64,000 bases of DNA from Desulfobulbaceae bacterium (GCA_008933635.1 WBUQ01000004.1:29261-93260); one strand, 5' to 3'; shown: positions 40,993 through 50,684, counted from the first letter of the stretch. The notes: generated from the letters alone by a model not told the origin. A program made the numbers and translations.

Positions 40993-41508
40993 CTACTTCT
41001 CCTGATACCAGCCGGAATACTTGACGTAGTTGTCGGCTATCCTAGCGATTTCTCCGGAAATCAGTTTCTCGCCGATATCCTTGACCTTCCGTGCCGGCAC
41101 TCCGGCGTAGATACTCCCCGCAGCGACCAGCGTCCCCTGGGTGACCACCGCGCCGGCGGCAATGATGGTATGGCTCTCAACCACGCAGTCATCCATGACG
41201 ATCGCCCCCATGCCGATGAGGACATTGTCGTGGACGGTGCAGCCATGGACGATGGCGTTGTGGCCGATCGACACCTTGTTGCCAATTGTAGTCGGAAATT
41301 TCTGATGGGTGCAGTGGATGACAGCACCGTCCTGAACGTTGACCCGGTTACCCATCCTGATAGAGTGCACATCCCCACGGATCACCGCATTGTACCAGAT
41401 GCTGCACTCGTCGCCCATCACCACATCACCGACAACAACCGCGGTCTCGGCGAAGAAACACCCGACCCCGTATTGCGGCGTCTTGCCATTCAGTTCCCGG
41501 ATGATCAC
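40993..41508 (-). CDS. Gamma-class carbonic anhydrase / hexapeptide-repeat protein
   Basis: 171 aa left-handed beta-helix repeats (IWYNAVIRGD, SIGHNAIVHGC) of the PaaY/CaiE/gamma-CA type. Confidence 0.85.
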   Translation of the reverse strand: MIIRELNGKTPQYGVGCFFAETAVVVGDVVMGDECSIWYNAVIRGDVHSIRMGNRVNVQDGAVIHCTHQKFPTTIGNKVSIGHNAIVHGCTVHDNVLIGMGAIVMDDCVVESHTIIAAGAVVTQGTLVAAGSIYAGVPARKVKDIGEKLISGEIARIADNYVKYSGWYQEK

Positions 41509-41571
41509 AGTGCAGCTCCTTCAGTCAGTGCCGGGAACGACCGGCCCGGCCGGCGTTCCCGGTTGCACAGG

Positions 41572-43548
41572 CTATCCGATCACGCAGAGCGAGGCTCCCT
41601 TTGCCACGGTATCGCCGCTCTTGAACGGCACCGCCTTGACCACTCCGTCGCACGGGGCGGTGAGGGCATTTTCCATCTTCATCGCCTCGAGGATGACAAT
41701 CGTCTCGCCCTTGGCCACCGTGTCGCCCACTGACTTGAGATACTTGACGATCATACCCGGCATGGGGGCCAGCAGCAGAGTGCCTGCCACATCTCCGCTC
41801 GGTTGGGCCGGAGCCGCCGCTGGCGCGCTCGCTGCCGGAGCGGTCACCGGAGCAGGTGCGGAGACGGCCACAGGTGCCGGGGCGGTACCCTGGACTGGCG
41901 GCGCAGGCACGACCGGGCCACCGACCGGATCCACCTCGACATTGAAATACTCGCCATCGACAAAGACATTGAAGGTCCGCAGGTTGGCCGTCTTTACCGG
42001 ATTGTCAGCCTTTTTCTCAATCAGTTCACCGGCGAGAGCCTTCTTCACCAATTCATCCCGTTTTTTCACCTTTTCCAGGGTTGTCGGTCTGACACTGGCC
42101 GGCGGCTCGCTCCGGCCGTATTTCCATTCTAGAAATTTGCGGCCGGTAACCGGAAACTGGGCATACAGTATGACATCATCGATATCCGCCGCCAGATCGC
42201 CTATCTCCGCCTTGGCCTTCTCCAGTTCCGGTTCCAGCACCTCTGCCGGCCGGCAGGTGATCGGTTCTTCACCGCGCGGGTACCCCTTCAGGGCTTTCTT
42301 CTGCAGTTCGGGATTGATCGGTACCGCCGTCTTGCCGTAGAGACCGTAGCACAGGTCTTTGACCTGGCCGGTGATCATCCGGTACCGCTCTTCCGGTGTG
42401 TCGTGCAGGACATTGTTGACTGTCTGCACGCCGACAATCTGGCTGGTAGGCGTAACCAGCGGAATCTGGCCCAGATCCTTGCGCACCCGCGGCAGTTCGC
42501 GGTAGACCTCGTCGATCTTGTCGAGGGCATCCATTTCACGCAGCTGGTTGACCAGGTTGGAGAGCATGCCTCCCGGAGTCTGGTGCAACAGGACGTTGAT
42601 GTCGATGATCGAGACCTTCGAGTCGTCGAGGAGGTGTTTGTATTTGGGCATCACCTGCTTTTCCAGAATCTCGTTGATCTCCGCCAGCTTCTTGATGTCG
42701 AAGCCGGTATCGCGATTCGTGCCGAGCAGGGCCATGACCAGGGGCTCAACGGCAGCGTGGGAAGTCCGGTACGCATAGGGGGTCATGCAGGTGTCAATGA
42801 TATCGACACCCGCCTCGATGGCCTTGAGATGGGTCATCGGCGACATGCCGGAGGTGAAATGGCTGTGCAGGTGGATTGGCGCCTTGACCGCCGCCTTCAG
42901 GGCCTTGATCAGCGGATAGGCATCATACGGGGCCATCAGGCCGGCCATGTCCTTGACACAGATCGAATCGGCCCCCATGTCCTCCAATGCCCTGGCCTTG
43001 GCGACATAGTAGTCGAGGTTGTAGACCTCGCCACCCAGCCGGGGCTCGGTCAGGGTATAGCAGATGCACCCCTGGAAGTGCTTGCCGCTCTTCTTGATCT
43101 GCTTGACCACTGTCTCGAAGTTGCGATAGTCGTTCAGGGCATCGAAGGTGCGGAACACGTCCATGCCGTTCTCGGCCGCCCGCTCGACAAAGGCGAGAGC
43201 CAGATCGTCGGCGTAGTTGCGGTAGCCAACCAGGTTCTGGGCCCTGAGCAGCATCGAGAACGGCGTCTTTTTGATATACCTCTTCAAGGTCCGCAGACGT
43301 TCCCACGGATCCTCGTTGAGGAAGCGGTGCATGGTATCGAAGGTCGCTCCGCCCCAGGTCTCGATGGCCCAGAATCCGATCTCATCCATCAGTTCGGCGA
43401 CCGGTATCATGTCCTCGGTCCGGCCGCGGGTGGCGAACAGGGATTGGTGGCCGTCCCGCAGGGAGAGATCCATGATCTTGACCGGATTTTTGGCCCTGGG
43501 ACGATCGCTTTCATATCGTAACGCAGTCATCTTCACATTATCACTCAT
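41572..43548 (-). CDS. Carboxyltransferase 5S subunit fused to a biotin carrier domain (transcarboxylase 5S/1.3S, OadA / pyruvate carboxylase B-like)
   Basis: 658 aa. DLSLRDGHQS TIM-barrel carboxyltransferase, Pro/Ala linker, and C-terminal ILEAMKMENAL. Confidence 0.85.
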   Translation of the reverse strand: MSDNVKMTALRYESDRPRAKNPVKIMDLSLRDGHQSLFATRGRTEDMIPVAELMDEIGFWAIETWGGATFDTMHRFLNEDPWERLRTLKRYIKKTPFSMLLRAQNLVGYRNYADDLALAFVERAAENGMDVFRTFDALNDYRNFETVVKQIKKSGKHFQGCICYTLTEPRLGGEVYNLDYYVAKARALEDMGADSICVKDMAGLMAPYDAYPLIKALKAAVKAPIHLHSHFTSGMSPMTHLKAIEAGVDIIDTCMTPYAYRTSHAAVEPLVMALLGTNRDTGFDIKKLAEINEILEKQVMPKYKHLLDDSKVSIIDINVLLHQTPGGMLSNLVNQLREMDALDKIDEVYRELPRVRKDLGQIPLVTPTSQIVGVQTVNNVLHDTPEERYRMITGQVKDLCYGLYGKTAVPINPELQKKALKGYPRGEEPITCRPAEVLEPELEKAKAEIGDLAADIDDVILYAQFPVTGRKFLEWKYGRSEPPASVRPTTLEKVKKRDELVKKALAGELIEKKADNPVKTANLRTFNVFVDGEYFNVEVDPVGGPVVPAPPVQGTAPAPVAVSAPAPVTAPAASAPAAAPAQPSGDVAGTLLLAPMPGMIVKYLKSVGDTVAKGETIVILEAMKMENALTAPCDGVVKAVPFKSGDTVAKGASLCVIG

Positions 43549-43590
43549 CGTGCATCTCCCTTTCGCATCATTTTCCGCACATCATGCAGG

Positions 43591-43800
43591 TTATCTGACC
43601 CGGCCGAAGGCTCGCATCTGGATCAGTCTGCGCATGGACATCATCTCCATTTTGCCGCTCATCACCCATCCACCTTCAACCGCCTGGACAGGCCTGGGGA
43701 CGGGTAACTGGGGCTGTGCCGCAGCCAGCGCCTCCTCCTGCTGCAGGTAGGTGTTTACCGCAGCCAGGGCCGCAGCCATCTTCTTCTGCCGCTCTTCCAT
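43591..43800 (-). CDS. 69-aa TM-less OadG/MmdD-like microprotein
   Basis: AGAGGAA lies 5 nt upstream of ATG 43800. The N-terminal MAAALAAVNTYL and the C-terminal GWVMSGKMEMMSMRR mirror AVITAAIAMY and AWNRTGVLDQMNSR of the 34273-34680 protein. The ORF-track 132-aa version starts too far upstream. Confidence 0.5.
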   Translation of the reverse strand: MEERQKKMAAALAAVNTYLQQEEALAAAQPQLPVPRPVQAVEGGWVMSGKMEMMSMRRLIQMRAFGRVR

Positions 43801-43909
43801 GTCCGTTCCTCTTTTGCCGGGCCGATGCAACTGATTGATCAGGTAACCGGCGTCATCATTGCTTTTCAGGATCAGGCGGGACAATCCGTTGATTCCCCGC
43901 CAGGCAAGC

Positions 43910-44191
43910 TTACTCGTAGATGGCGTACTCGGTCTCGGTACCGAGCAGGGCATCGATTTCAGCCTGCACCACCTGCCGCCGGTCATCATTGACCCACTTG
44001 TTCCAATCCTCGACCGACCGCCAGGTACTGATCACCATCCATTCATCGGTACGATCGATTCTCCTGAGCGTCTCACCGGAGATATAGCCGGGTTGATTCA
44101 GGGTCAGGCCTCTCAGCTTCTGGAGCAGAAGCGAAAGTTCGATACCTTCTTTTCCCGTCAGCCTGCGCTTGATGAAGATCTTGACTGCCAT
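43910..44191 (-). CDS. ABM (antibiotic biosynthesis monooxygenase-like) domain protein
   Basis: 93 aa with a ferredoxin-like fold signature: PGYISGETL...WMVISTWRSVEDWNKW. Confidence 0.65.
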   Translation of the reverse strand: MAVKIFIKRRLTGKEGIELSLLLQKLRGLTLNQPGYISGETLRRIDRTDEWMVISTWRSVEDWNKWVNDDRRQVVQAEIDALLGTETEYAIYE

Positions 44192-44243
44192 GGATCATTC
44201 TCCTTGGTGGTGTGTTTCAATACCGGGATAATTCCGGCTCTGA

Positions 44244-45794
44244 CTATAATGGGATATTGCCGTGTTTCTTCATCGGGTTGCTGTCCCGCTTGTTCTGCAG
44301 CAGACCAAGGGCGCGGATGATCCGTGACCGTGTTATGGACGGCTCGATGATGTCGTCGATATACCCGCGCTGGGCGGCGACATAAGGGTTGGCGACGGTA
44401 TCCTGATATTCCTTTTCCTTTTCGGCCAGGAACTCGACGGCGTTTTCGGCCTTTCTGGCCTGCCGTCCATACAGGACCTCGACCGCCCCCCGTGCGCCCA
44501 TGACGGCGATCTCCGCTGACGGCCAGGCGTAATTGATATCGCCCCGGAGATGCTTCGACGACATCACGCAGTAAGCACCGCCATAGGCCTTGCGGGTAAT
44601 GACGGTGATTTTCGGGACTGTCGCCTCGGCAAAGGCATAGAGGATCTTCGCCCCGTTGCGGATGACCCCGCCATACTCCTGTGCCGTCCCGGGCAGGAAA
44701 CCGGGGACATCGACAAAGGTGACGATCGGGATGTTGAAGCAGTCGCAGAAGCGGACGAAACGCGCCCCCTTGACCGAGGAGTCGATGTCCAGGACACCGG
44801 AGAGATGCGCTGGCTGGTTGGCGACGATCCCGACACTGACGCCGTTATAGCGGGCGAAGCCGACGATCAGGTTCGGGGCAAAATTCTCCTTGATTTCAAA
44901 GAAGTCACCGTCATCCACAGTATGAAGAATGATCTCCTTCATATTGTAGGCGGCATTCGGGTTGTCTGGGATGATGGAATTGAGGTGCTCGGCGAGACGC
45001 CCCGGCGGATCGTCGCTGGCCAGCACTGGTGTCGACTCCAGGTTATTCTGGGGAAGGAAGGACATCATTTTCCGGATGTAGTTGATGGCATCGGCACCCG
45101 AAGTGGCAGCGTAATCTGACACGCCGCTGCGCGAGGAATGCATTGCCGCCCCGCCCAGTTCCTCTACGGTGACATCCTCATGGGTCACCGACTTGACGAC
45201 CTTGGGACCGGTCAGGAACATGTAGGAGTTATTCTGCACCATGACAACGAAGTCGGTCAGGGCTGGAGAATACACCGCACCGCCGGCACAGGGACCGAAG
45301 ATCGCCGAAATCTGCGGAACAACCCCCGAAGCCATGACATTGCGCAGAAAGATCTCGGTGTAGCCGGCCAGGCTCTCGATCCCTTCCTGGATACGGGCCC
45401 CACCGGAATCGTTGAGACCGATCACCGGCGCTCCGTTCTTCATCGCCAGGTCCATTATCTTGCAGATCTTCTCGGCAAAGGTCTCCGACAGGGATCCGCC
45501 GAGAACGGTGAAATCCTGGGCGAAGACATAGACGATCCTGCCGTCGATGGTACCGTGGCCGGTAACAACTCCATCACCCGGAAAAACCGTTTCCTCCATG
45601 CCGAAATCCCGGCAGCGATGGGTCTTGAACATATCGAATTCTTCAAAGGAGCCGGGATCGAGCAGCATCTCAATCCGCTCCCTGGCCGTCATCTTGCCCT
45701 GGGAATGCAGTTTGTCGATCTTATCCTGCCCCCCGCCCAGACGGGCCTGATCTCTGAGCCGGACCAGATGGTCCAGCCGATTCTGCGTATTCAT
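44244..45794 (-). CDS. Methylmalonyl-CoA carboxyltransferase 12S subunit (acyl-CoA carboxylase beta family)
   Basis: 516 aa. It is a paralog of 32708-34255, sharing [12 protein letters not shown] and GGARIQEG. Confidence 0.9.
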   Translation of the reverse strand: MNTQNRLDHLVRLRDQARLGGGQDKIDKLHSQGKMTARERIEMLLDPGSFEEFDMFKTHRCRDFGMEETVFPGDGVVTGHGTIDGRIVYVFAQDFTVLGGSLSETFAEKICKIMDLAMKNGAPVIGLNDSGGARIQEGIESLAGYTEIFLRNVMASGVVPQISAIFGPCAGGAVYSPALTDFVVMVQNNSYMFLTGPKVVKSVTHEDVTVEELGGAAMHSSRSGVSDYAATSGADAINYIRKMMSFLPQNNLESTPVLASDDPPGRLAEHLNSIIPDNPNAAYNMKEIILHTVDDGDFFEIKENFAPNLIVGFARYNGVSVGIVANQPAHLSGVLDIDSSVKGARFVRFCDCFNIPIVTFVDVPGFLPGTAQEYGGVIRNGAKILYAFAEATVPKITVITRKAYGGAYCVMSSKHLRGDINYAWPSAEIAVMGARGAVEVLYGRQARKAENAVEFLAEKEKEYQDTVANPYVAAQRGYIDDIIEPSITRSRIIRALGLLQNKRDSNPMKKHGNIPL

Positions 45795-45909
45795 AATGTC
45801 TCCTTGGCCTTTACGATCAAAATTCTGTCAAGCTGACAAGAGCAGGTGGAAATATGCCAGACACCTCATGACGGAGGTTGTCTTTCTGTCTCCGGCCTCC
45901 CGGGAGAAA

Positions 45910-46782
45910 TCAGGAGAACGCCTCCTTGCAGAGACGACCGAGGGTGCCGAGATCCTTGCAGACATATATGCCGCTGTCTTCCATCGCCCGGATTTTGGCG
46001 GCAGCGGTTCCCTGGCCGCCACTGACGATGGCGCCGGCATGGCCCATTCTCCTCCCAGGCGGCGCGGTGAGACCGGCGATGAAACCAACCACCGGCTTCT
46101 TCATGTTCTGTTTGATCCAGGCCGCGGCCTTCTCCTCGGCGTTGCCGCCGATCTCTCCAACCATGACGACAGCCTCGGTGGCGGGATCGGCATTGAAGTG
46201 CTCGAGACAATCGAGGAATCCCGTACCGTTGACGGGGTCGCCACCGATGCCGATGCAGGTGGTCTGTCCAAGCCCGACCTGGGTGAGCTGGTGCACGACC
46301 TCATAGGTAAGAGTCCCGGAGCGGGAAACGACTCCCACTGGACCACCCGGCTTGTGGATAGCGCCGGGCATTATGCCGATCTTGCATTCACCCGGGGTGA
46401 TGATACCGGGGCAGTTGGGCCCGATCAGGCGAGAGGCGGTTTGTCCCAGATGGTTCTTGACCCGGAGCATATCCATGACCGGAATTCCCTCGGTGATGCA
46501 GACGATCAGTTCGATTCCGGCATCGACTGCCTCGAGAATGGCATCGGCGGCGAAGGAGGGCGGTACCAGGATCATCGAGGCATTGGCCCCGGTCTCCCGC
46601 CGTGCCGCTCTTACCGTGTCAAAGACCGGTACCTCATCCATCAACTGACCGCCTTTTCCGGGGGTTACGCCCGCGACAACCTTTGTCCCATATTCGATGC
46701 ACTGCCTGGCGTGAAACTGTCCCTCCTTGCCGGTAATACCCTGCACAAGAACACGCGTCTGGGAATTCACGAAGATACTCAT
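45910..46782 (-). CDS. sucD: Succinate--CoA ligase subunit alpha
   Basis: [14 protein letters not shown], and MGHAGAI with the catalytic His. Confidence 0.95.
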   Translation of the reverse strand: MSIFVNSQTRVLVQGITGKEGQFHARQCIEYGTKVVAGVTPGKGGQLMDEVPVFDTVRAARRETGANASMILVPPSFAADAILEAVDAGIELIVCITEGIPVMDMLRVKNHLGQTASRLIGPNCPGIITPGECKIGIMPGAIHKPGGPVGVVSRSGTLTYEVVHQLTQVGLGQTTCIGIGGDPVNGTGFLDCLEHFNADPATEAVVMVGEIGGNAEEKAAAWIKQNMKKPVVGFIAGLTAPPGRRMGHAGAIVSGGQGTAAAKIRAMEDSGIYVCKDLGTLGRLCKEAFS

Positions 46783-46905
46783 CTCATGCCTCTACTGGTA
46801 GTGGAGCAGCCGCTCCCTTGAAATCAGACTAATGCGTTCAATACCTGGGCCTGGATCACCACGGCATTCTTTTATGATCTGGAATCTGGAGTGTGCGCGA
46901 TGAAC

Positions 46906-48063
46906 TCAGGCGACAATCTCCGCCACCTTGCGGGCAGCATCGGCGAGATCTTTGGCGTTGATCAGCGTCAACCCGGATTCCGCCAGAATCCTGCGCCCTT
47001 CCTCGACATTCGTCCCTTCCATCCGAACCACGACCGGAACGGTCAGGTTCACCTGCTGGGCGGCCTGGACAACGCCCTTGGCCAGTACGTCGCAACGGAG
47101 TATGCCGCCAAAGATATTGATCAGGATGCCTTTGACATTGGGATCACTGAGGATGATGCGGAAGCCGTTTTCTACCATCTCGGCATTGGCACCGCCGCCG
47201 ACATCGAGGAAATTGGCCGGTGAGGCCCCTGCCTGTTTGATGATGTCCATCGTCGCCATCGCCAGGCCGGCGCCGTTGACCATGTTGCCGACGTTGCCGT
47301 CAAGCTTGATATAGTTCAGATTGAATTTCGCCGCCTCGGCCTCCGCCGGGTCGTCCTCGAAGGGATCGTGCATGGCGACCACATCGGGATGGCGGAACAG
47401 CGCGTTGGAATCGATATCGATTTTGGCATCCAGGGCCAGGATCGTATTGTCTTCGGTGATGATCAGCGGGTTGATCTCGACCAGCGAACAGTCATAATCG
47501 ACGAACAGCCGGTAGAGGCTTTTCAACACGGCCGATGCCGTCTTCATCAGAGCCGGCTCGAGTTCCAGGCCGAAACAGACGTTGCGCAGGTGGAAGCCCT
47601 GGATGCCAATCAGCGGATTGACCGGCACCTTGATAATCCGCTCAGGGGTTTTCTCGGCCACTTCCTCGATATCCATGCCACCGTCCTGACTGGCGATAAT
47701 GGTAATGGTCGCCGTCTCCCGGTCCGGGATGATCGAGAGATAGAGTTCTTTCTTGATCCTGACACCCTTCTCCACCAGCACTTTTCTGACCAGACGCCCC
47801 TCGGGGCCGGTCTGCTTGGTGACCAGCTGCATGCCGAGTATCGCTCCGGCCGCCGCCTCGGCTTCGGCGGCGCTTTTCGCAACCTTGACGCCGCCGCCCT
47901 TGCCCCGGCCGCCGGCATGGATCTGGGCCTTGACCGCGACTGGGAATCCCATTTCCCCGGCAAGCTGGACAACCTCTCCGGTTGTTTCGCAGACTCTCCC
48001 CTCGGGAACCGGGACACTATATTTCCGGAACAGTTCTTTCGCCTGGTATTCGTGAATCTTCAT
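46906..48063 (-). CDS. sucC: Succinate--CoA ligase subunit beta (ADP-forming)
   Basis: MKIHEYQAKELFRKY and the ATP-grasp motif VKAQIHAGGRGKGGGV. Confidence 0.95.
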   Translation of the reverse strand: MKIHEYQAKELFRKYSVPVPEGRVCETTGEVVQLAGEMGFPVAVKAQIHAGGRGKGGGVKVAKSAAEAEAAAGAILGMQLVTKQTGPEGRLVRKVLVEKGVRIKKELYLSIIPDRETATITIIASQDGGMDIEEVAEKTPERIIKVPVNPLIGIQGFHLRNVCFGLELEPALMKTASAVLKSLYRLFVDYDCSLVEINPLIITEDNTILALDAKIDIDSNALFRHPDVVAMHDPFEDDPAEAEAAKFNLNYIKLDGNVGNMVNGAGLAMATMDIIKQAGASPANFLDVGGGANAEMVENGFRIILSDPNVKGILINIFGGILRCDVLAKGVVQAAQQVNLTVPVVVRMEGTNVEEGRRILAESGLTLINAKDLADAARKVAEIVA

Positions 48064-48075
48064 AGGTGTCCTCAG

Positions 48076-48098
48076 GCGGGCGGAAAAACTCCGCCCGC
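48076..48098 (-). other. Intercistronic GC hairpin between prpE and sucC
   Basis: Perfect 8-bp stem GCGGGCGG/CCGCCCGC with a 7-nt loop. There is no U-tract, and the sucC SD (GAGGA) starts 3 nt after it on the minus strand. Confidence 0.4.
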
Positions 48099-48161
48099 AT
48101 CATGGTCGTCAATACCGGCCGGACCGGCAATCCGTCATTCTCCAGTCCGGCCGTTTCCTTC

Positions 48162-50057
48162 TCAGCTCTTGGGATAGCCAAGCTTGGCGAGGGTGGCGGT
48201 GATCTCGTCGAGTATCGCCGGATCATCGATGGTGGACGGCATGTTGTATTCCTTGCCACCGGCGATGGCGCGCATCGTGCCGCGAAGGATCTTGCCGGAA
48301 CGGGTCTTCGGCAGCCGTGCCACCTGGGTGGCCTCGCGGAAGCAGGCGATCGGGCCGATAGCTTCCCGCACCATCTTCACCAGTTCCTCCTTGATCTCTT
48401 CACTGCTCCGGGTGACACCGGCCTTGACGACGAAAAGTCCGAGCGGCAGCTGGCCTTTGAGGTCGTCATGGGTACCGAACACGGCGCACTCTGCCACGTC
48501 GGGATGTGCGGCGATGATCTCCTCCATGGCCCCGGTCGAGAGGCGATGACCGGCAACATTGATGACGTCGTCCATCCGGCCCATGACATAGACGTACCCG
48601 TCCTCGTCGATATACCCGCCATCGCTGGTCTCATAATAGCCCGGGAACTTGGTCATGTACGACTTGACAAAGCGTTCGTCGTTGCGCCAGAGGGTGACCA
48701 GGTTGCCCGGCGGCAGAGGCAGCTTGATGACGATATTGCCTTCGGTATTGGGCGGCAGCACCTTGCAATCGTCGTCGACGACCTTGACGTCGTATCCCGG
48801 CAGAGGCTTGGTCGGCGATCCTTCCTTGACCGGCAGTTGCTCGATCCCGCGGCAGTTGCCGACGATCGCCCAGCCGGTCTCAGTCTGCCACCAGTGGTCG
48901 ATGACCGGGACGCCGATCATATCCTCCGCCCAGTGCAGGGTATCGGGATCGGTGCGCTCACCGGCCAGATAGAGGCACTCGAAGCAGGAGATGTCGTATT
49001 TCTTGATGAATTCACCCTTCGGATCCTCTTTCTTAATCGCCCGGAAAGCTGTTGGGGCGGTGAACAGGCTTTTGACGCCATGCTGGGAGATGACACGCCA
49101 GAAGGCGCCTGCATCAGGAGTGCCGATGGGCTTGCCTTCATAGAGGATGGTAGTGGATCCCTGAATCAGCGGGGCGTAGATGATATAGGAATGGCCGACA
49201 ACCCAGCCGACATCCGAGGCTGACCACCACACTTCGCCCGGATTGATGTTGTAGAGATTTTTCATCGTCCACAGCAGGGCGACCGCATGGCCTCCGTTAT
49301 CCCGCAGAACACCTTTCGGCATGCCGGTGGTGCCTGACGTGTAGAGGATATACAGCGGATCGGTGGCATCGAGTTCAACACAGCCGACCGGCTTGGCCGC
49401 CGCAACCACGTCGTTCCAGTCTACGTCCCGGCCCGGCTTCATATCCGCCTTGATGATATCACGCTGGTACAGGATGACCTTCTTCACTTCATGAACAGAC
49501 TGCTCGATCGCGCTGTCGACCAGCGGCTTGTACGCCAGGACCTTCTTCCCCTCGATGGCGCCGGAGGCGGTAATGATCAGTTTGGGCTGGGCGTGGTCGA
49601 TGCGGATTGCCAGCTCATGGGCGGCGAACCCGCCGAAAACGACGGAATGGATGGCACCGAGGCGGGCACAGGCAAGCATCGCCACCGCCGCCTCCGGGAT
49701 CATCGGCATATAGATGACGACCGTATCCCCTTTCTGAACTCCCTGATCCTGCAGAGCGCCGGCAAAGGTGGCGACCCGGCTCTGCAACTCCTTGTAGGTA
49801 ATTTTGGCGATGGTATTGGTGACGGGGCTGTCATAGATAATCGCCGTTTGATCGGCACGGCCGTTCTCGACGTGGCGATCGATGGCATTGTAGCAGGTAT
49901 TCATCTTCCCCCCGACAAACCAGCGGTAGAAGGGCGGGTTGGAGGAATCGAGCACCTTGTCGTACTGTTTGAACCAGGTGATACCTTTTGCAGCTTCGGC
50001 CCAAAACGCTTCAGGGTTTTGCACACTACTTTGGAACACAGAATCAAAATTACTCAT
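48162..50057 (-). CDS. prpE: Propionate--CoA ligase (acyl-CoA synthetase, PrpE type)
   Basis: 631 aa. AMP-binding YTSGTTGMPKG and a C-terminal PKTRSGKILR. GAGGAG lies 5 nt upstream of ATG 50057 (the ORF-track start 50063 is GTG). Confidence 0.9.
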   Translation of the reverse strand: MSNFDSVFQSSVQNPEAFWAEAAKGITWFKQYDKVLDSSNPPFYRWFVGGKMNTCYNAIDRHVENGRADQTAIIYDSPVTNTIAKITYKELQSRVATFAGALQDQGVQKGDTVVIYMPMIPEAAVAMLACARLGAIHSVVFGGFAAHELAIRIDHAQPKLIITASGAIEGKKVLAYKPLVDSAIEQSVHEVKKVILYQRDIIKADMKPGRDVDWNDVVAAAKPVGCVELDATDPLYILYTSGTTGMPKGVLRDNGGHAVALLWTMKNLYNINPGEVWWSASDVGWVVGHSYIIYAPLIQGSTTILYEGKPIGTPDAGAFWRVISQHGVKSLFTAPTAFRAIKKEDPKGEFIKKYDISCFECLYLAGERTDPDTLHWAEDMIGVPVIDHWWQTETGWAIVGNCRGIEQLPVKEGSPTKPLPGYDVKVVDDDCKVLPPNTEGNIVIKLPLPPGNLVTLWRNDERFVKSYMTKFPGYYETSDGGYIDEDGYVYVMGRMDDVINVAGHRLSTGAMEEIIAAHPDVAECAVFGTHDDLKGQLPLGLFVVKAGVTRSSEEIKEELVKMVREAIGPIACFREATQVARLPKTRSGKILRGTMRAIAGGKEYNMPSTIDDPAILDEITATLAKLGYPKS

Positions 50058-50109
50058 ACGCACTCCTCATCTGGTCTGAAAGTTAGCTCTTGTCCTGCTG
50101 CCTTTCCTT

Positions 50110-50138
50110 TGTATACAGCAAAGAAAATCAATCTTCAA
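50110..50138 (-). promoter_or_regulatory. Candidate prpE-operon promoter carrying the shared motif
   Basis: The minus strand reads TTGAAG (50138-50133), 17 nt, then TATACA (50115-50110). The spacer plus -10 reads ATTGATTTTCTTTGCTGTATAC, a degenerate copy of the 19-mer motif in the orientation of prpE. Confidence 0.35.
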
Positions 50139-50203
50139 GCGATTAATTGAACATTGTTACCATCACCTGCCGACACATAAAACTTCAAATTGATTTTAAC
50201 CAA

Positions 50204-50222
50204 TTATAACATCATGTTATAA
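50204..50222. promoter_or_regulatory. Perfect 19-bp palindrome TTATAACAT-C-ATGTTATAA
   Basis: 9+1+9 inverted repeat in the prpE upstream gap, with the same AACAT/ATGTT core as the other motif copies. Confidence 0.45.
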
Positions 50223-50350
50223 ATTAGATACATTCGAAAAGGATTGCCGAAATTCCGCCTCAAAGGGAAGCAGTTCGCAATCTTCAATCGAATAACATAT
50301 TGTTTTTATGTGGCATATGAATATACCAGTGCGATCCCGAGATACTCAGT

Positions 50351-50385
50351 GTAACATTGTTACTATGCTTATACCATTATATAAT
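50351..50385 (+). promoter_or_regulatory. Palindromic operator GTAACATTGTTAC overlapping a near-consensus plus-strand promoter
   Basis: TTGTTA (50357-50362), 17 nt, then TATAAT (50380-50385). The operator at 50351-50363 overlaps the -35. The orientation points away from prpE into non-coding DNA. Confidence 0.45.
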
Positions 50386-50391
50386 CCCCAC

Positions 50392-50684
50392 AGCGTGAGG
50401 TCCGGTAGAAACACAATCGCTCCCAACCACTGGCGCCCACCGCACCTAACAGGCAGAACTTATCTATAGATCTGTTTTAATGAATCTTTTATAAATCGCT
50501 GCCACCTTTCTGCATCACCTGCCAGACAGGCACATCCGGGAGCTGAAAATTTGAGCAACTCAATAATTTCAGGATGTTTCTCGCAAAAAGAATGTTGTTC
50601 TTTACGTAAAGGACGAATACTGCGTTCTTGCTTCCGTAAGAAGCGATGAGCAGAGTTGACCGAAAACGTCTCTGCTACTTTTTT
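50392..50684 (+). ncRNA. Candidate unannotated ~0.3 kb transcript (sRNA, or antisense/convergent to the activase gene end)
   Basis: It is bounded by the promoter above and by a hairpin (AGCAGAG 50649-50655 with CTCTGCT 50670-50676) that carries a T6 tract only on the plus strand (50679-50684). Only 4- and 11-codon ORFs lie inside. Confidence 0.25.

Noticed and set aside
41339-42340. 333-aa plus-strand ORF antisense to the 5S-BCCP gene. Similar long antisense ORFs lie at 48066-49223, 42403-43521, 60010-61032 and 61111-62118.
   Set aside because: All lie opposite genes with strong family signatures. They show Ser/Pro/Arg/Gly-biased composition, which marks them as GC-driven open frames rather than genes.
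50240-50440. Possible cobalamin riboswitch in the prpE upstream gap, since the locus contains a B12 enzyme
   Set aside because: Only a vague AAAGGGAAGC and a CCACTGG are present. The conserved B12-box context and the paired helices are not recognisable. The orientation relative to prpE is also wrong.
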